From: Raillietiella orientalis
Lineage: Eukaryota
Reading direction: 5' to 3'
DNA: 64,000 nucleotides
Assembly: GCA_036172245.1 (NCBI GenBank)
Contig: JAYWIR010000003.1
Coordinates: 3,782,001-3,846,000 of the forward strand
This document shows positions 48,601 through 60,899 of the stretch, piece by piece (the first letter of the stretch is position 1; each line of letters starts with the position of its first letter). A program made the position numbers and the translations under genes. Under the pieces are notes generated by a model that ran no database searches, had not been told where the DNA came from, and saw only the letters and a program-made list of their open reading frames with translations.

Positions 48601-51600
48601 GGAGGAAGGAAGGCAAGTTGGTTGGGCAGCCAACGTGAGTGTGCGAGCGAGTCGCAGGTGCTGAACGGATGCGTGCTTTTCAGGTGTTGGTGCGCGAGCG
48701 GACTATGGACGCGGATGGGTCTTGCTGCGCCGACGTGCACTGCGCGGGTGGCTTTTCCGGGTATGGGGGTGAGCGGTGCTTCCCTCGCAGGGAAGTGCTC
48801 GATTTCGCGATAGCCTTCTGGTATGGCGAAGGCGGCTGCGTGCCCGGGCAGTTGGACGAATGGGAAGAGAGGGCTGGCTTGCAGGCGGTGTCGAACGAGA
48901 GCGTTTCGGCTGCGCGAAGGGAAGAGGTGCAGCACGAGTTCCGCGAAAGCGGTGGTGCTGGGGCCTGCTAGTGCTTCCAGGAGGGAAAGGGAAGGTGTTG
49001 GCGGTGCGCGTGTGAGCTGTTGGGAGGGGACGCATGGTCGGGTGGTGCGAAGGAGGCGTGGAAGAAGGCTGTATGTCGGTGAGACGGTGGGCGCCGTTGG
49101 CAGTGACGAGATGAAGCTTGGTTTCGGGAGGAGGAATCTTTATGGTTGCGGTGGAGGCACGGCAGGAGCGTGGCGGGGCAGCGGCTACGCGTGCGGGTCT
49201 CTGGTTGCGGCGTCGCTGCTGCTGACGCGGGTGAGGACGTGGACGACGCGGTCGCTGTAGTCCTGGGCGGCGCGCGTGTCGACGACGTTGGTGAAGTAGT
49301 CGAGGGTGTAATGCAGCCTTCCTCGGTACGTCTGCAGGTTGTGGGTGAATCCGGAGCCCATGTTCTGGTAGGAGGTGGATCGGTGTAGGGAGGTGAGGTC
49401 GAGGAGGCTTTCTTTTCCGTGGATGAGGTGGTCGATGTTACCCATGTTGCTTGTGCCGAAGTCGTAGAGGCAGTTGTGGCGCTTTGGGTCCCTCTGCCAG
49501 TCGACGATGGGGATGGGGTTCCTGTAGCAGGCCTCCATGACGCGCTTGGCCTGGAAGGGCTTGCCGTGGTGTAGCTGTTGGTGCAGGAAGTGGGTGTACT
49601 GTCGTGCGTGGGTCCAGAACGTGTCGGTGCAGTTGGCTGGTATGCTGACGGTGTGGTTGAGGAGGACGAGGCAGGGCCCGAATGTGTCGAGGTTGGGTTG
49701 GCCTAGGAACCTGCGCAGGTTGACGGCGTGCCCCACGCGCAGGGCGGCGGTCTTGTGCTTGCGGAACTCGTCGGTCATGGCGAGCATGGCGAAGGCGGCG
49801 GCGATGCAGAAGGCGCCGTGTACGGTGGCTCCTTCCTGCTTGCACCTGCGCAGTACGCGACTGGTTTGCCGTGCGTCGAGGATGGCGTGGATGGTCCTGG
49901 TGACGGGCTCTCCGTGCAGCTGGGCGGGCGGGTGTCCTTCGTAGAAGGGGCACCTCTTGGTGAGCAGGTGCCAGGCTTCGGTGAGCAGGGCGGCGGCGTC
50001 AGCGAATCGCAGGCGCCTTTGCGCGCAGGGCACCAGGTCGTCCATGCTGGGCTGCATGGTGATGGGCGGCTCCTCGGAAGGGTTCCCCTGCAGGACGTTG
50101 TTGAGGATGCGGAGGAAGTGGCGGAAGGTGCTCATGTCGGACGTGCTGTCGGTGATGCAGTGTAGAAAGGCGAACAGGAAGACGTGAGGAGAGCGTTGTT
50201 CGGACTGGGCATGTTGTTCGTCAGGCGTGGCGTGTTTGGAGCGCACCATCCTGCAGCACCAGAGCGGCCCATCGCGCAGGGCGTACTGGTGCTCGAGCAG
50301 CGCCTCGTACTCTTTCTTCCAGTCGTCCGCTTGCAGCGTCTCGAAGTCGATCGTCTCGCACGACATCTCCCGGAAGACGGCGCCGTCGATGCAGCAGCGG
50401 AGGTGCTGCAGCTTCCTGGGTGCGCGAAGGGAACAAGGAAAGAAGGGCGCATGCTGCATAACGTGCTCGTGCGCGCGCGCGCGCGCGCGCTATCGACGAC
50501 TGCTGCCGCTGCTCGCGCGTCGCGCCCTCGAAAAGAAGGGTGGGCGACTCGGTTGGGCGTGCTTGACAGGTCGCGGCCATTACCGGAAGAGTATGGAGAG
50601 CGCCTGTTTCAGGTGCTCGTCCCGGATGGGAACTTTGCTTTGCACCTGCAGGGAGTACACGATGGTGAGGGAGCCGCAGTGCTCGTGGATACGCAGGGCC
50701 ATGGTTTCCAGCTTGCCCAATGGGCGGATGAAGGGAGAGGCGGTCGAGGCCATGGCCGGCTTGCAGGCGTCGCTGTTCTGTCGGGGATGGATTCTGGAAG
50801 GGATGGATGAGTGGCGGCGGGCGGGAGAGGAGGGGTGAGCGCGCTGCCGCGGGTATCGGCATGCCCGCCGTGGGCGCGGAGCGGCGCAGGGGCCTCGGGC
50901 TTCCCGGGAGAGACGTTGGCGCGAATGAGGCGCGCCTGGCAGGGTGGTTGGCACGCGGGTGGAGGTGTGGAAGGGCGCGGTGGACGTCACTCGCGGTCGT
51001 CGTCGTGCGCGCGATCCACTGACGCTAGGGAGTGGATTTGGCCGAGGAGTCGCGAGGTCGCGCGCTGAGGTCTTTCAACTCTCGGCAGGGGTCGCGGGCG
51101 GTTCGCGAGTTCGTTCGCACCGACGTCGAGCTGCCGTGGTGGCTGTCGGACGGGGCGTCGCCTCTCCGGGCTCGGGCGCGTGGCATAAGCAGCAGCACAG
51201 CAGCGAGAGGGGCCTGACCCGACGTCGAGTTTGGTGTCGGCGCATGCTGGTTACGCGCATGGCTGCGGCGGTGCCGAGCGCGAGGTGTCCACTCGGAAGG
51301 AAAGCGTCGCGTATGCCGTCGTCCGTGGCGGTGACCGCGGACGCAAATCCGTCGGCCGGAGATCCGGTCGCTCGGTGAGGTTCGGCGGCGGGAGCGCAGG
51401 GAAGATGCGGTCCACCGGTGGGATATTCGCGGCTCGCCACTCTGGTGGTGGGCGACGTCTCTGGCACCTGGTGCCCGGGCACTGGGGGGGGAGGCGAAGG
51501 ACGCGTGGCGAAGACCGGGAGAGGGAGATCGGTACTCACCTGAGGAAGCGGCGCAGGCGCGGTAGCACGAGGGGTCGTGTGTCGTGGGACTCGTTGCGAG

Positions 51601-53850
51601 TGTCGCGCGGATCGTCTGGCTGCGGGGGCGCCCGCGCGGTTGTCGCAGAGGTTGCGGAAGTCGGAGGGTTGCTCCCGGGGGCGGCCGGCCCGACCAATCC
51701 CTGGTACGCGCCGGCGGGTGATGACAACTGCAAGGGACCGGCTCGGTCGGAGCAGCCGAGCGGATGCTGTTTTCCAAGTGCGTTCCGTTCCGTTTGGCAG
51801 GTGTGGGTGCGTGGATGGTGCTGCACGGCCTTCGTCGTAGTTGGGTCTCCCGCGAGGACCGCTGGCGGGAACGTGGCGTTCATCGTTCGCGCGCCAGCTG
51901 CGCGTCCTGGACGCGGTGGCTTCGCAGGCGCAGCTCTTCGATCGGGTCGCCACTCGTGGATCACGCGCCACCGCTCGCCCGAAGGCGGGGAATTGCAGCG
52001 GGCGGGAATTTGCTGGAGGCGAGGTTGCGTCTGGTTCGTCCCGCGCAGACGGCATGCGTGCGCGCTCTCCCCTCCAGTTTTCTGTCGCCGTTCTTGCCTC
52101 GCTGACTCATTGGATTCTCTGGTTCAGGGAGACAGTCGGAGGCTCTCTTCAGCTGGCAGGCGATCTGGGAGCTCGGTAGTTGCCAGGCAACGGCGAAGGG
52201 GAACGTGGGATGGCTGCGAAGGGTTGGTGTGTTTACGGACTTTGGTGCGCCATTCGGTAAAGGGGCGATACGGGCGGCAGGGCGTCGCTTTGCCTCCCGT
52301 TGAGCGGGAATGTCCGCGAGTGCCCGCGAGGTCGAGTTGCGTTGGCTTGCGTCGTCAGGCGGTTTGCAGGTGGCGGATGGCTTCGCAGTCCTTGCATGTT
52401 GTTGGAGCGTTTCCTTGCGTTGGGCCGACCGGGGTCGCGCTCCCTCTTCCGATGTCTTCGTCGTGGATGCAGTCGCCTTCGTGCCGTCCCGTCTTGTGTC
52501 CGTGGTGCCGCGGAGCGGCGCTCTCCTTCGCGAACGTGGGCTAGGGCGGCTGGCGCGCCCCTTGTACGGATCGCGGCGATTGGTTTTTGGTGCGCGCGGT
52601 GGTTGGGCGCACGCCCGAGAGTTCCGCACTTCGGCTGGTGAGGTCCTGGCTGCCGGGAAGCGTGACGGGGGAGTTGTTCGCGCATTTCTGGTAGCGAAAC
52701 GACTACTTGGCAACCGGCAGGCAGTAGCGAAGGAGCCGTCTGCTGTCGATCTCCTGGCTGCGTCGCCTGGCAGCGACATCCTTGATGTCTCTTTCTGGTC
52801 TGCTGCCACCGATTCGTGGGGGTTCTTCGTCTTTGAAGAGACGCCGTGGCGCAGCTAGTCTCCGGGAGGCTTTGATCTCGCGTCGCCTGTGCACCGCCGT
52901 CCTGCGGAACCTTGCGGGATTCTCCTTCCGGGGTTCTCCCGGCCGCCGCGCGAATCCAGGGAGCAGCGTGCTGCACCGGTGGATCGCTTTCTCTGTGGCG
53001 CGAGAGCGGTCCGACGTGGTCCCGCATGCGACTGCGGTGGGTGCCGCTGCGTTTGGGAGCGCAGGAGCCTGGCGGTGGACTCGGGTTCACGGGAAGGAGA
53101 AGTCGGTCCGGATGCTGCTTAGCGGGAGGGGTGGATGGAAGGCGACGCCCTGAGGCTGTGGCTGCTGCTTGCTGGAGAGCTTGGCTAGTGGTCGCAGCGT
53201 GCAGAACGGCAGATAGGTGACAACCGGAGACAAGATTGGGCGGACGATGTACGAAAGCCGGTGGGAGGACGGCGGTACGCCCGGCGCTTCGCCGGACAGT
53301 GCAGGCGAAACTTGGCGGTGCCAGGATGGGGATGGCGGTGCTGGGGCGGTCTCGGTTATAGGACCGTGGCGAGGCGGATGACCGTCGCTGGCTGGTGGGA
53401 CGAGAGTGTGGAGAACGCGCGGCGGTTCTGGCACGCGTTTCGGGAGGCGAGCGTGTCCAGCCTGTCGCGAGAATACTCCACTTTCGTCCGTTGCGCGTGT
53501 CTTCGTCCTCTCGCATTCCTCCGTTCGCAGCCGTGTGGATGCGTTCTGCAGTGGAGGGAAGGGGGAGCGGGAGTCGTTCACCTGCGCCAACGGACAGTCA
53601 TCAAGTCGCGAGAGGAAAAAAAAGAAAAAAAGAATGGGCAGGCGCCGTTTGGAGGTGCTCGCGCTGCGTGGTTGACGGCTGGGGAGTTCGCGGGAGGGAT
53701 GTTGCGCGGGAGTGTGCGGGGTGTCCTTTTGCAGTCGCTCCCCTCGTTATAGCATGGTGGGAGTTCCTTCCGCAGAGTGCAGGGTAAGCGAGGAAAGGAG
53801 TGGTGGTGAGTCGTGGGAGCACCGGCTCGAAGCAATGGTCTGCTCCCGAA
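39700..53850 (-). repeat. Right arm of the ~14.1-kb inverted repeat
   Basis: Reverse complement of 11164-25313; 9 substitutions and 1 homopolymer indel detected in the core. Confidence 0.98.
49185..50753 (-). CDS. CoA-dependent acyltransferase, condensation/AATase-like, 466 aa; complement(join(49185..50415,50584..50753)); arm copy 2
   Basis: Mirror of 14261-15829 with the same protein; one synonymous GGC/GGT difference seen (15574 vs 49440). Confidence 0.9.
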
Positions 53851-53869
53851 ATAGGGACGGGCATGTGTT

Positions 53870-55046
53870 GTCACCCGGTCACTCCAGGGCGTTCATGGGA
53901 AAGTCTCTACAATTGAAGTATGAGGCTCCATTACTGCCAACATAACAGTGGACCTGCAGAATCGCCGGTGCGCAAACAATCAGGTCTCACCTCGGTAGCG
54001 GAGGGGGAGGGTTAAAAACAAAAGGAAAAACTGAACATAAAAAAGAAAAAAGGATAAATAGAAGTACTCTGGAGGGTCGGCAAGGGATCACTGCTTGCTG
54101 GAGAGAGTGTCCATCCTTTGCAGTTGTCGGCGAGGTTCTTCTGCATACTCCTAAGATGGGGCCATCTGGTTGCTATCTGCAGGATGCGAACTGCATATTC
54201 GATGGCATCCCTTCCGTCGTATCCTTCTTCCTTGGCTTTGCTCCAGGCCGCTACAATCCCACGGATGTAGCAGAGTGCTGTTATGGCTGCGTCTGGCTGC
54301 AGGGCGTCCCGTACGAAGAGGAGCCGAAAAACGTCCCTGTGGAAGGCTGCAAGTCGGGATCTGCAGTCCGGGATCCTAAAACGCTCCCCCAGAATCCGGA
54401 GGACAACACAGCCGACTAGCAGGTGCGGGAGCGATTCCCGTTCCTTGCAGTTTTCTTGGCGCACCCACCCCAGTGTGCAATGGTGTCGGCGGGCGTCGCT
54501 GGGGAGACCCCAGTGCAACAGCAAAAGCTCCTACTCCTGCCATTTCAGGGAGAGCATGCTCGTACCTTTCAGCACTGGGGTGTACTTTAGGTCTTCGGAT
54601 GGAATGCCGAGCAGCTTGCTCCAGCGCTGTGGTTCTTGTGGATGGACTCTTTAGGTCGTGGCGTCGGCCAGATGGCCCATGGTCCATGCACCCAGGATGC
54701 GAAGCGTTGCGCGCGCTCCAACCGAGGGGCAAAGCGATGGGGCTATAGGAGCGATGTTGTGAGGATGCGGGCATGGTGTGGTGTCGGATGGTCAGCCCAC
54801 TCGGGTTCGAATGGGCCCGTCGGTTAGCAGGAAGCTCCGCTCTGGTCGGCGAGCTGACCGCGCGGGGTTCTCTCCCCCATAAAGCTTGTAGGGATACCGC
54901 AGGCTCAGCGCGGAAGGACTTTGGTTGCCTTCATTTCCGACGGCGTTCTTCCAGAGAAGGGAAACGGGTTGGAGATTCCAGGGAAGTGAAAACGCTCGTC
55001 TGGTTCGTGTGATCTCCCGCGCCCGTGTTTTTTCTGGTGTCGTGCA
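53870..55046 (-). mobile_element. 3' portion of a Tx1/L1-like LINE
   Basis: RWSKLLGIP...LHWGLPS...CKERESLPHLLVGC...CYIRGIV...RWPHL is homologous to 55565-56100 and 1-400; T-rich 3' UTR. Confidence 0.75.
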
Positions 55047-55329
55047 TAGCGAACGTCGGCCCCGAACCGTCCATGTGGCGTCATGGGACTGTGGGGATTC
55101 TTCCGCAGGGCAGCTGATTTTGCGACTGCGTCGTCAGCAACCGAAGGATTTTTTTGGAGGCGTCTGTCCTCACTGCAGTCTCTGAGGAGGATACCTGTCT
55201 ATCCTGAGGATGCGCGATGTTGAGGACCTGAGGTGATCCCTGAGGCGTATGTGGATGTGCGTTTCAGCTTGGGCTCGTCTCCAGCGTGCCTCGAGGGAGC
55301 ATCCGCATACTTTGATTTATCATCCGGAT

Positions 55330-58300
55330 ATGACGGGGCATTTATTATTAAAATTTTTGCATAATAAAAATTTCATAATAAAGTCTGGTTTAGGCAGAAC
55401 ACGTGATTCTGCCTATCTTGACACACTTGCCGCTGCCAATTCGCAGGCCTCAGAGATTCTGTCCGGATGCGATGGGGAAGGGAAAACCACAAGCAAAAAC
55501 AGAAAAATCAAATAAAAACCAAGGGGAGGGAAATGTTTTGAGGTAAGGGAGGGCAGGAAAGGGATCACTGTTTGCTCCGAGTGGTTCTCTGCATCCTGTT
55601 CAGGATGCGGACAAGTTGCGGACTTAGTGGTCTTAGCAGGGACCATCGGGAAGCTTTCTCAATGTTGAGAGCCGCCCAGTGGATGGCTTTCCGGCTGTTA
55701 TGTCCTCTCCTGGACGCAGTCCATTGTTCCAGGATCCCACGTATGCAGCAGAGAACTACCATGCACGCGGCTGCTGGCAGGACGTCCTGCATCAGGAGGC
55801 GACGTAAAATATCCTTCGGGTCGCCCCCGGGAATGTTCAAGGTCGCCGACAGTCGATCCCACATGGGTCGGAGGGCAAACACTCGATGATGAGGTGGGGG
55901 AAGGTCTCCCGTTCCCCGCATCCTGCACAATGGGCATCCACAGTCCCTGATGTCCAATAGAAGAGGCGTGCTTTGCAAAGAAGTCCCCAACGGAACACTA
56001 GCAGCGCCGTCTCCTGCCATTCCAGGGACAGGGTGCGACTATCTCAGCACGCTGGGGGCCACTTCACCTTCTCCGGAGGTATGCCGAGCAGCTCGCCCCA
56101 GCGCACAAGTCCTTTAGACGGGACGCTCGGGTTCGCAGCGTCCGCTATCTCCCGAGTCGTCCACGCACTCAGCGGATTTCTCCTGCCTCGGATGAGGCAG
56201 GACACTTCCCACAAGGTTCGCTCGTTGCTGTTCCTAATGTTCTTGGGGTAGGACAGCACGGGGGCGAGGGGGGTCAAAGAAGCCCACAGAAACTTCCGCG
56301 GGTTGTTGATTATCTCTGCAGGGCTGTCGAGCGTAGGATCCTCTACGGAGACAGTTGTACTCCGCCTCGCTCGTGCCGTTGATCTTGGCCCACGCAGAAA
56401 CTGACTGCTGAAGCCAGGCTGTGCAGTTCGCGGGGAGGCAGGAGATCCAGGTATTCTCCCTCATCAGGGCGACCATCTGGCGCAAGTCACGGCCACAGTT
56501 GTTGAGGCTGCGCTGGTATGCCACGAGGATGGAGGACAATCCTTCGCAGCCGGTCGCTCTCCTGGCGAGGATCCGTGAGGGTTCGCATTAAGGCGTCATC
56601 CAAGACTTCGCCGCAAGGGCGAGTCTTCTGAATTGGAGCTGCCGCTCAATGCGCTCCATCGTCAGGAGGTGCAAGCCACAGTCCATGTGTGGAGCGCACA
56701 TGTCTTTTAATCGGACATGGGACCTCCCTGTGCTCCAAAGGGCTTTCCTTAGGATGACCTCGGTCCTTCTTTTCATGATCGGTGGAGGGGGGCAAACAAA
56801 AAGTAGGGTGAGAAGGAGAAGGCCGCGAAAGCGTTCCACTTCGCGGCCCGTTCCGGCAAGTAAAACTTGCCATTCTGGAACGGGCCGATCGCCAATTCCA
56901 CTTTTTGGAGACGGTCGGACCAGGTATCTGCAACGCAGAAGTCCCCAAACGGAACGCCAAGGTACTTGATGTACCCGCCCATGGGGATCCCCAAGCGGAT
57001 CCAGTCCGGCAGTCCGCCCCACGACTGTTCGTTGGAAGTAACGACGATTTCTCCCTGTTTACCTCCAGGCCCGTCCCGCGGCGCAGCAGCTCCAAGAAGT
57101 TTCCGAGCGCCGATGGCGGGGTGGACCTGGTTAATAGGAGCAGAAGGTCGTCGGCATAGGCCGACACGGCAGGCGTACCGGGGCACGAGCTAGGAAAGGT
57201 TGCCAGAGTCTCCCTGTATGCCCTCAGCAGCAACTCGAAGTAGATGCTGAAGAGCAGGGGGCTAAGGCTGTCACCCTGCCTTATGCCGCGGCGAACCGGT
57301 ACGCCGTACACGTGCCGGCCGCTGAAGGTAATGTTGATTAGTGCGAAGCGCCAGCAGGAGCGCAGGTAAGCCAGGAAGACGACCTGAAATCCCAAGCGTT
57401 CCAGGAGCTCCAGGAGGAGTTCGTGGTCGACGCAGTCGAATGCTTTTCGCAAATCGACTGCGACCGCTAGGGCTCCGGACGCTGTTTCTCCCCTTCGGCC
57501 TTCCTCCCCCGGTCAGTGGAGAGTCCAGGACTCTCTTGACCTAGTTGTGCTTCGCTTTGTTGCAACTGCCACCATGTACTGGCGAGGAACAGATTGGCCT
57601 CCATGGATCGTCTTGGAACAGCGTACGTCTGCTCCGGACTCACCACAGATTCCGCCACCCGTCCCAGTCGCTCAGTCCATAGTTTGGCCAGCAACTTTGC
57701 ATCCGCATTCACTATTGTAATGGGACGCCAGTTGCCTACGTTGCACACATGGGGTGTGTTTTGCAGTGTTTTCTTTGCTCATCCCGGCTTGCTGCGACTT
57801 CTTCGAATACTTTTACATCCACGCGATGGCCTGGGCGACTCCGGCACGAGGGACGGTGCGCAATCCACCCGAAAGGCTATTGAGGCGTCCTCTGGAAGGG
57901 CGTCGCTCGGATCGCCTTCCCAGAGGACCTCCGGCGAACCAGCCGCGGTCCCCGTGCGCGCGTTTCTTCACCTTCCAGGTCCCGGAGGCGTGCACCGCGG
58001 AGTCGCTCGCGCGACCAGGTTCCACTCCTTCCGCCTTCGCGCGCTTCCCGTTCATCGCAGGCTGCCTACCTGGAAGCTGCTTGGAAACCGCAGGTGATCC
58101 CGGTCGCTGGCGTCGCGAACCTCGTCGACGAGCATCCGGGAAAGATTTACGACCGCGGAGGAGTCTCAGCGCTTCTCTGGGATTGCGAACCGGGAAGATG
58201 CCTGCTCCACGAGCGCGAGAGGCCTCAGCCGGAGTCACACAATGAAGCAACTTCTCTTGAAGAACGGCGGCTCCCTTCATGCCAGGCTGCGAACGGGAGA

Positions 58301-58600
58301 GCGGAAGACACGGAGGGATTCGCATGTCTTCGATCAGTGTTTGCTACAACGCGTCCAGCGTGCACGCAGGCTCCTCTCCGGCCTTTTTGGATGGGATCGA
58401 AACGCGCATGCGCGTGCGCACGTAGAGTGTCGCGACGCAACCTGGATGCACGCCTATCTTCGCAATGAGGTTTTCGGGAGATCTCTTGTAGCGCCTCGGG
58501 AGAAGATGATCCGCGTAACTGGGAGTTCAGGGAAAAGGAAAAAGAATCCCGTTGAGAGAAGAACATGAGACCAAGGAACGCCACTCGGAAGAAGAGAACT
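55330..58600 (-). mobile_element. Tx1/L1-like non-LTR retrotransposon ORF2 pseudogene (RT plus C-terminal zinc region)
   Basis: NWRPITIVNADAKLLAK, PEQTYAV, DLRKAFDCVDH, GIRQGDSLSPLLF, AYADD, GLEVNREKS, IKYLGV, CPLC. Frameshifts and stops; 3' tail AATAATAAA at ~55345. Confidence 0.92.
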
Positions 58601-58839
58601 GCCCTTCGTAAACCTTCAAAGAGGAAACTCGTGTCCTCGGTGATAGTCTCTGCTCGCAGCCACCAAGTTCCGATACTATTAATTTGAATATTTCATACTG
58701 TATTATGCGGAACCTTATTCATAATTGACATCGAATTATGTGGGTAGTATTACAGGTGTTTAATCATGGATTTGGCTCAAAATCTCGAACGGTCCAAATG
58801 TTGAATGTCGAAATCACAAAAGTTCGTACGGTGGTTTTT

Positions 58840-59058
58840 CACCCGGGTGAGCCGGGGCTGTTATTATTAAAAATTTTTACAAAGGAAAAATTCCATAAAG
58901 AAGTCTTTTTTTCTTGTCATTCTCATTTTTTGTTTTTCAGCCAGAACACACGTTCCACCTGTCTTGGGGCACTTGTGAAAGAGGACCTTACGGTCCTCTT
59001 CACCTCTTCAGAGGCGGGAAAAACAGGGGGGAAAAAAAAAGGAAAAACGCCTGGGGGG
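58840..59058 (-). mobile_element. 3' tail fragment of the same Tx1-like family
   Basis: 58840-58965 resembles 55320-55420 (...GGGGC..TTATTATTAAAA.TTTT...CAGAACAC). Confidence 0.6.
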
Positions 59059-59059
59059 A

Positions 59060-59141
59060 CAGTGGTACCTCGGTACCCGTAGGCAATTTGTTCCGGAACT
59101 CGTGACGAGTTCCGACACCGTCGAGTGCCGGGGTACCACTG
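59060..59141. mobile_element. 82-bp pogo/Tigger-like MITE
   Basis: TIRs CAGTGGTACCTCGGTACCCG / CAGTGGTACCCCGGCACTCG (reverse complement). TA on the right flank (left flank is GA). Internal palindrome GGAACTCGT-G-ACGAGTTCC. Confidence 0.7.
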
Positions 59142-59502
59142 TATATATGTAAACTAATAATCTCGATATACATATATATAAATGTATATAATAAAAAGTA
59201 TATATGCAAAAATAATACTGCTACTAATAATATGTATGCTGAAATGAGTTTGTACGTTAATCTACACATAAATATGAATACAAGCATATATATTTGCGTC
59301 ATATAACCTTTATAATATATATGGATCTATATATAGACGTATATATTCATATCTACAATAAACATACTAATTATATTTTTAATATGTGTTGATAAATATG
59401 TAAACTTTACTATTGATATTGTGTATATGAATGAACACGCATATTAAGTAAATCCATTCATATTTAAACGTACATATTGATATAAATAATAGCCATCTGT
59501 TT

Positions 59503-60436
59503 TTATTTTTTGATGATCTTTCGAGATTTCGGCATGCGGGATCTTGACCGGACTTTCTGTTGTGCGAGCGCACGGCTAAAGCGTGAGGAGACGTTGGACC
59601 GCCCTTCCAGGAGACCGATCGAACTTCCGGGTCCGTTCTCCAGGCGCTCGCAAGCCACTTCCATAAGCAATAGTAGCTCGGAATGGATGCACCGGGCATC
59701 CAAGAGGTCCCGGTTTCCCGTCCCCACCAAGGACGGAGGTACGAGGCGGCTGAGCGATGCGTTCCTCGGGAAATCCAAGAATCCGTGGACAGGGCACGTG
59801 GTCGTGCACCCTACATCGGATGAACCACAGCGGTGATTCCTAGTTATTTCAGACAGCTGGTGACACGCGATCCTCTGGCTGGTGAGCCGACCCACAAGGT
59901 CAGAGTCCACCAGCTGCCACTTGATGGCGGCTGCAAGCGTTCAGAATGCCAGAGTTCTACCTGAGGCTTTTACACAGCACGTGCCCCTCCCGCCCTCCTC
60001 CTTCGCGGCACGGGATGCGTAGTTTCACATCTCACCTTGCAACAGGAACCACCGCGAGCAGCATCTTCCCGTCGTTCGTACGAGAGCGTGTGGACTGGAC
60101 CGTCCAGGAAACAGGCGACTGTTTATACCCTAAGATAATGCCTGAGGGCATCAAAAGAGACTGCAATCACGAGAAGAAGGATGAGGACGTTGCTCACCTC
60201 ATTCAGGAAGCACGAAGAGCCCTAGTCTTCGTGGGGACCGGTGGAAGACGTGTTCCGTCATGATCCAAAGGATGTTTGACTACCACACGTCGACGACGAA
60301 GTGCTTTGTTGTCACAGACATCACCCGGGTAACCGTAGGCGCATCGATGCTCTCGCATATTCTTCACTCTCCCGATCTTGGTCTGAGCTTCCGGAATGAG
60401 CATTGGTGCACCGCAGCTCAAAGACAAGTTCACCAA
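59503..60436 (-). mobile_element. Penelope-like GIY-YIG endonuclease remnants (two fragments)
   Basis: CGAP...QTK...REHRCAY...KAL...HPLDHDGT and CGSSDVGCTT...GTGN...HSE resemble the PLE GIY-YIG domain. Confidence 0.5.
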
Positions 60437-60899
60437 GGACCATTTCTGAGATCTTATGCACGACTTATGGAGCCAGTTCTGATCGTTCGGTGCTCGTAAA
60501 GAAAAATTCTAGAATGCTATAGAAAAAAAAAAAAAAGCTGATGAGAGAAAAATCCCCATTCTCCCCATTATTTTCCTGCTACCTGTTTTCTAAAGGTTTC
60601 TAAAGACGGTCGCTCATCATCTGAGGAAGCACCTCAGATGGAATGAGACCCTGACGTGGAAACTTTTGCTGGGATTCTCCGTTTCCTTAGAAGTCCGACG
60701 CTAGTTTGCATTCTATGCTTTTTATCCCGCTGGCATCCGAAAGAGAAAGAGAGCTTTTAGTAAAATGCCTTCCCGCTTTGTTTCTAAGAGTGGCAATAAA
60801 AGGAGTGTGAGTGAAGGGTAGAGTGATTTCTGCACAGCAGCTGTACCAGCTCGTGCCTGATCGCGCGCTGCTCGATGGACTGCGATGATTTGAGCCACG

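Noticed and set aside
11164..53850. Giant TIR transposon (Polinton/Foldback-like) interpretation
   Set aside because: No transposase, integrase or polB in the spacer; no sharp termini or target-site duplication; the arms contain a host-like intron-bearing gene and old TE debris.
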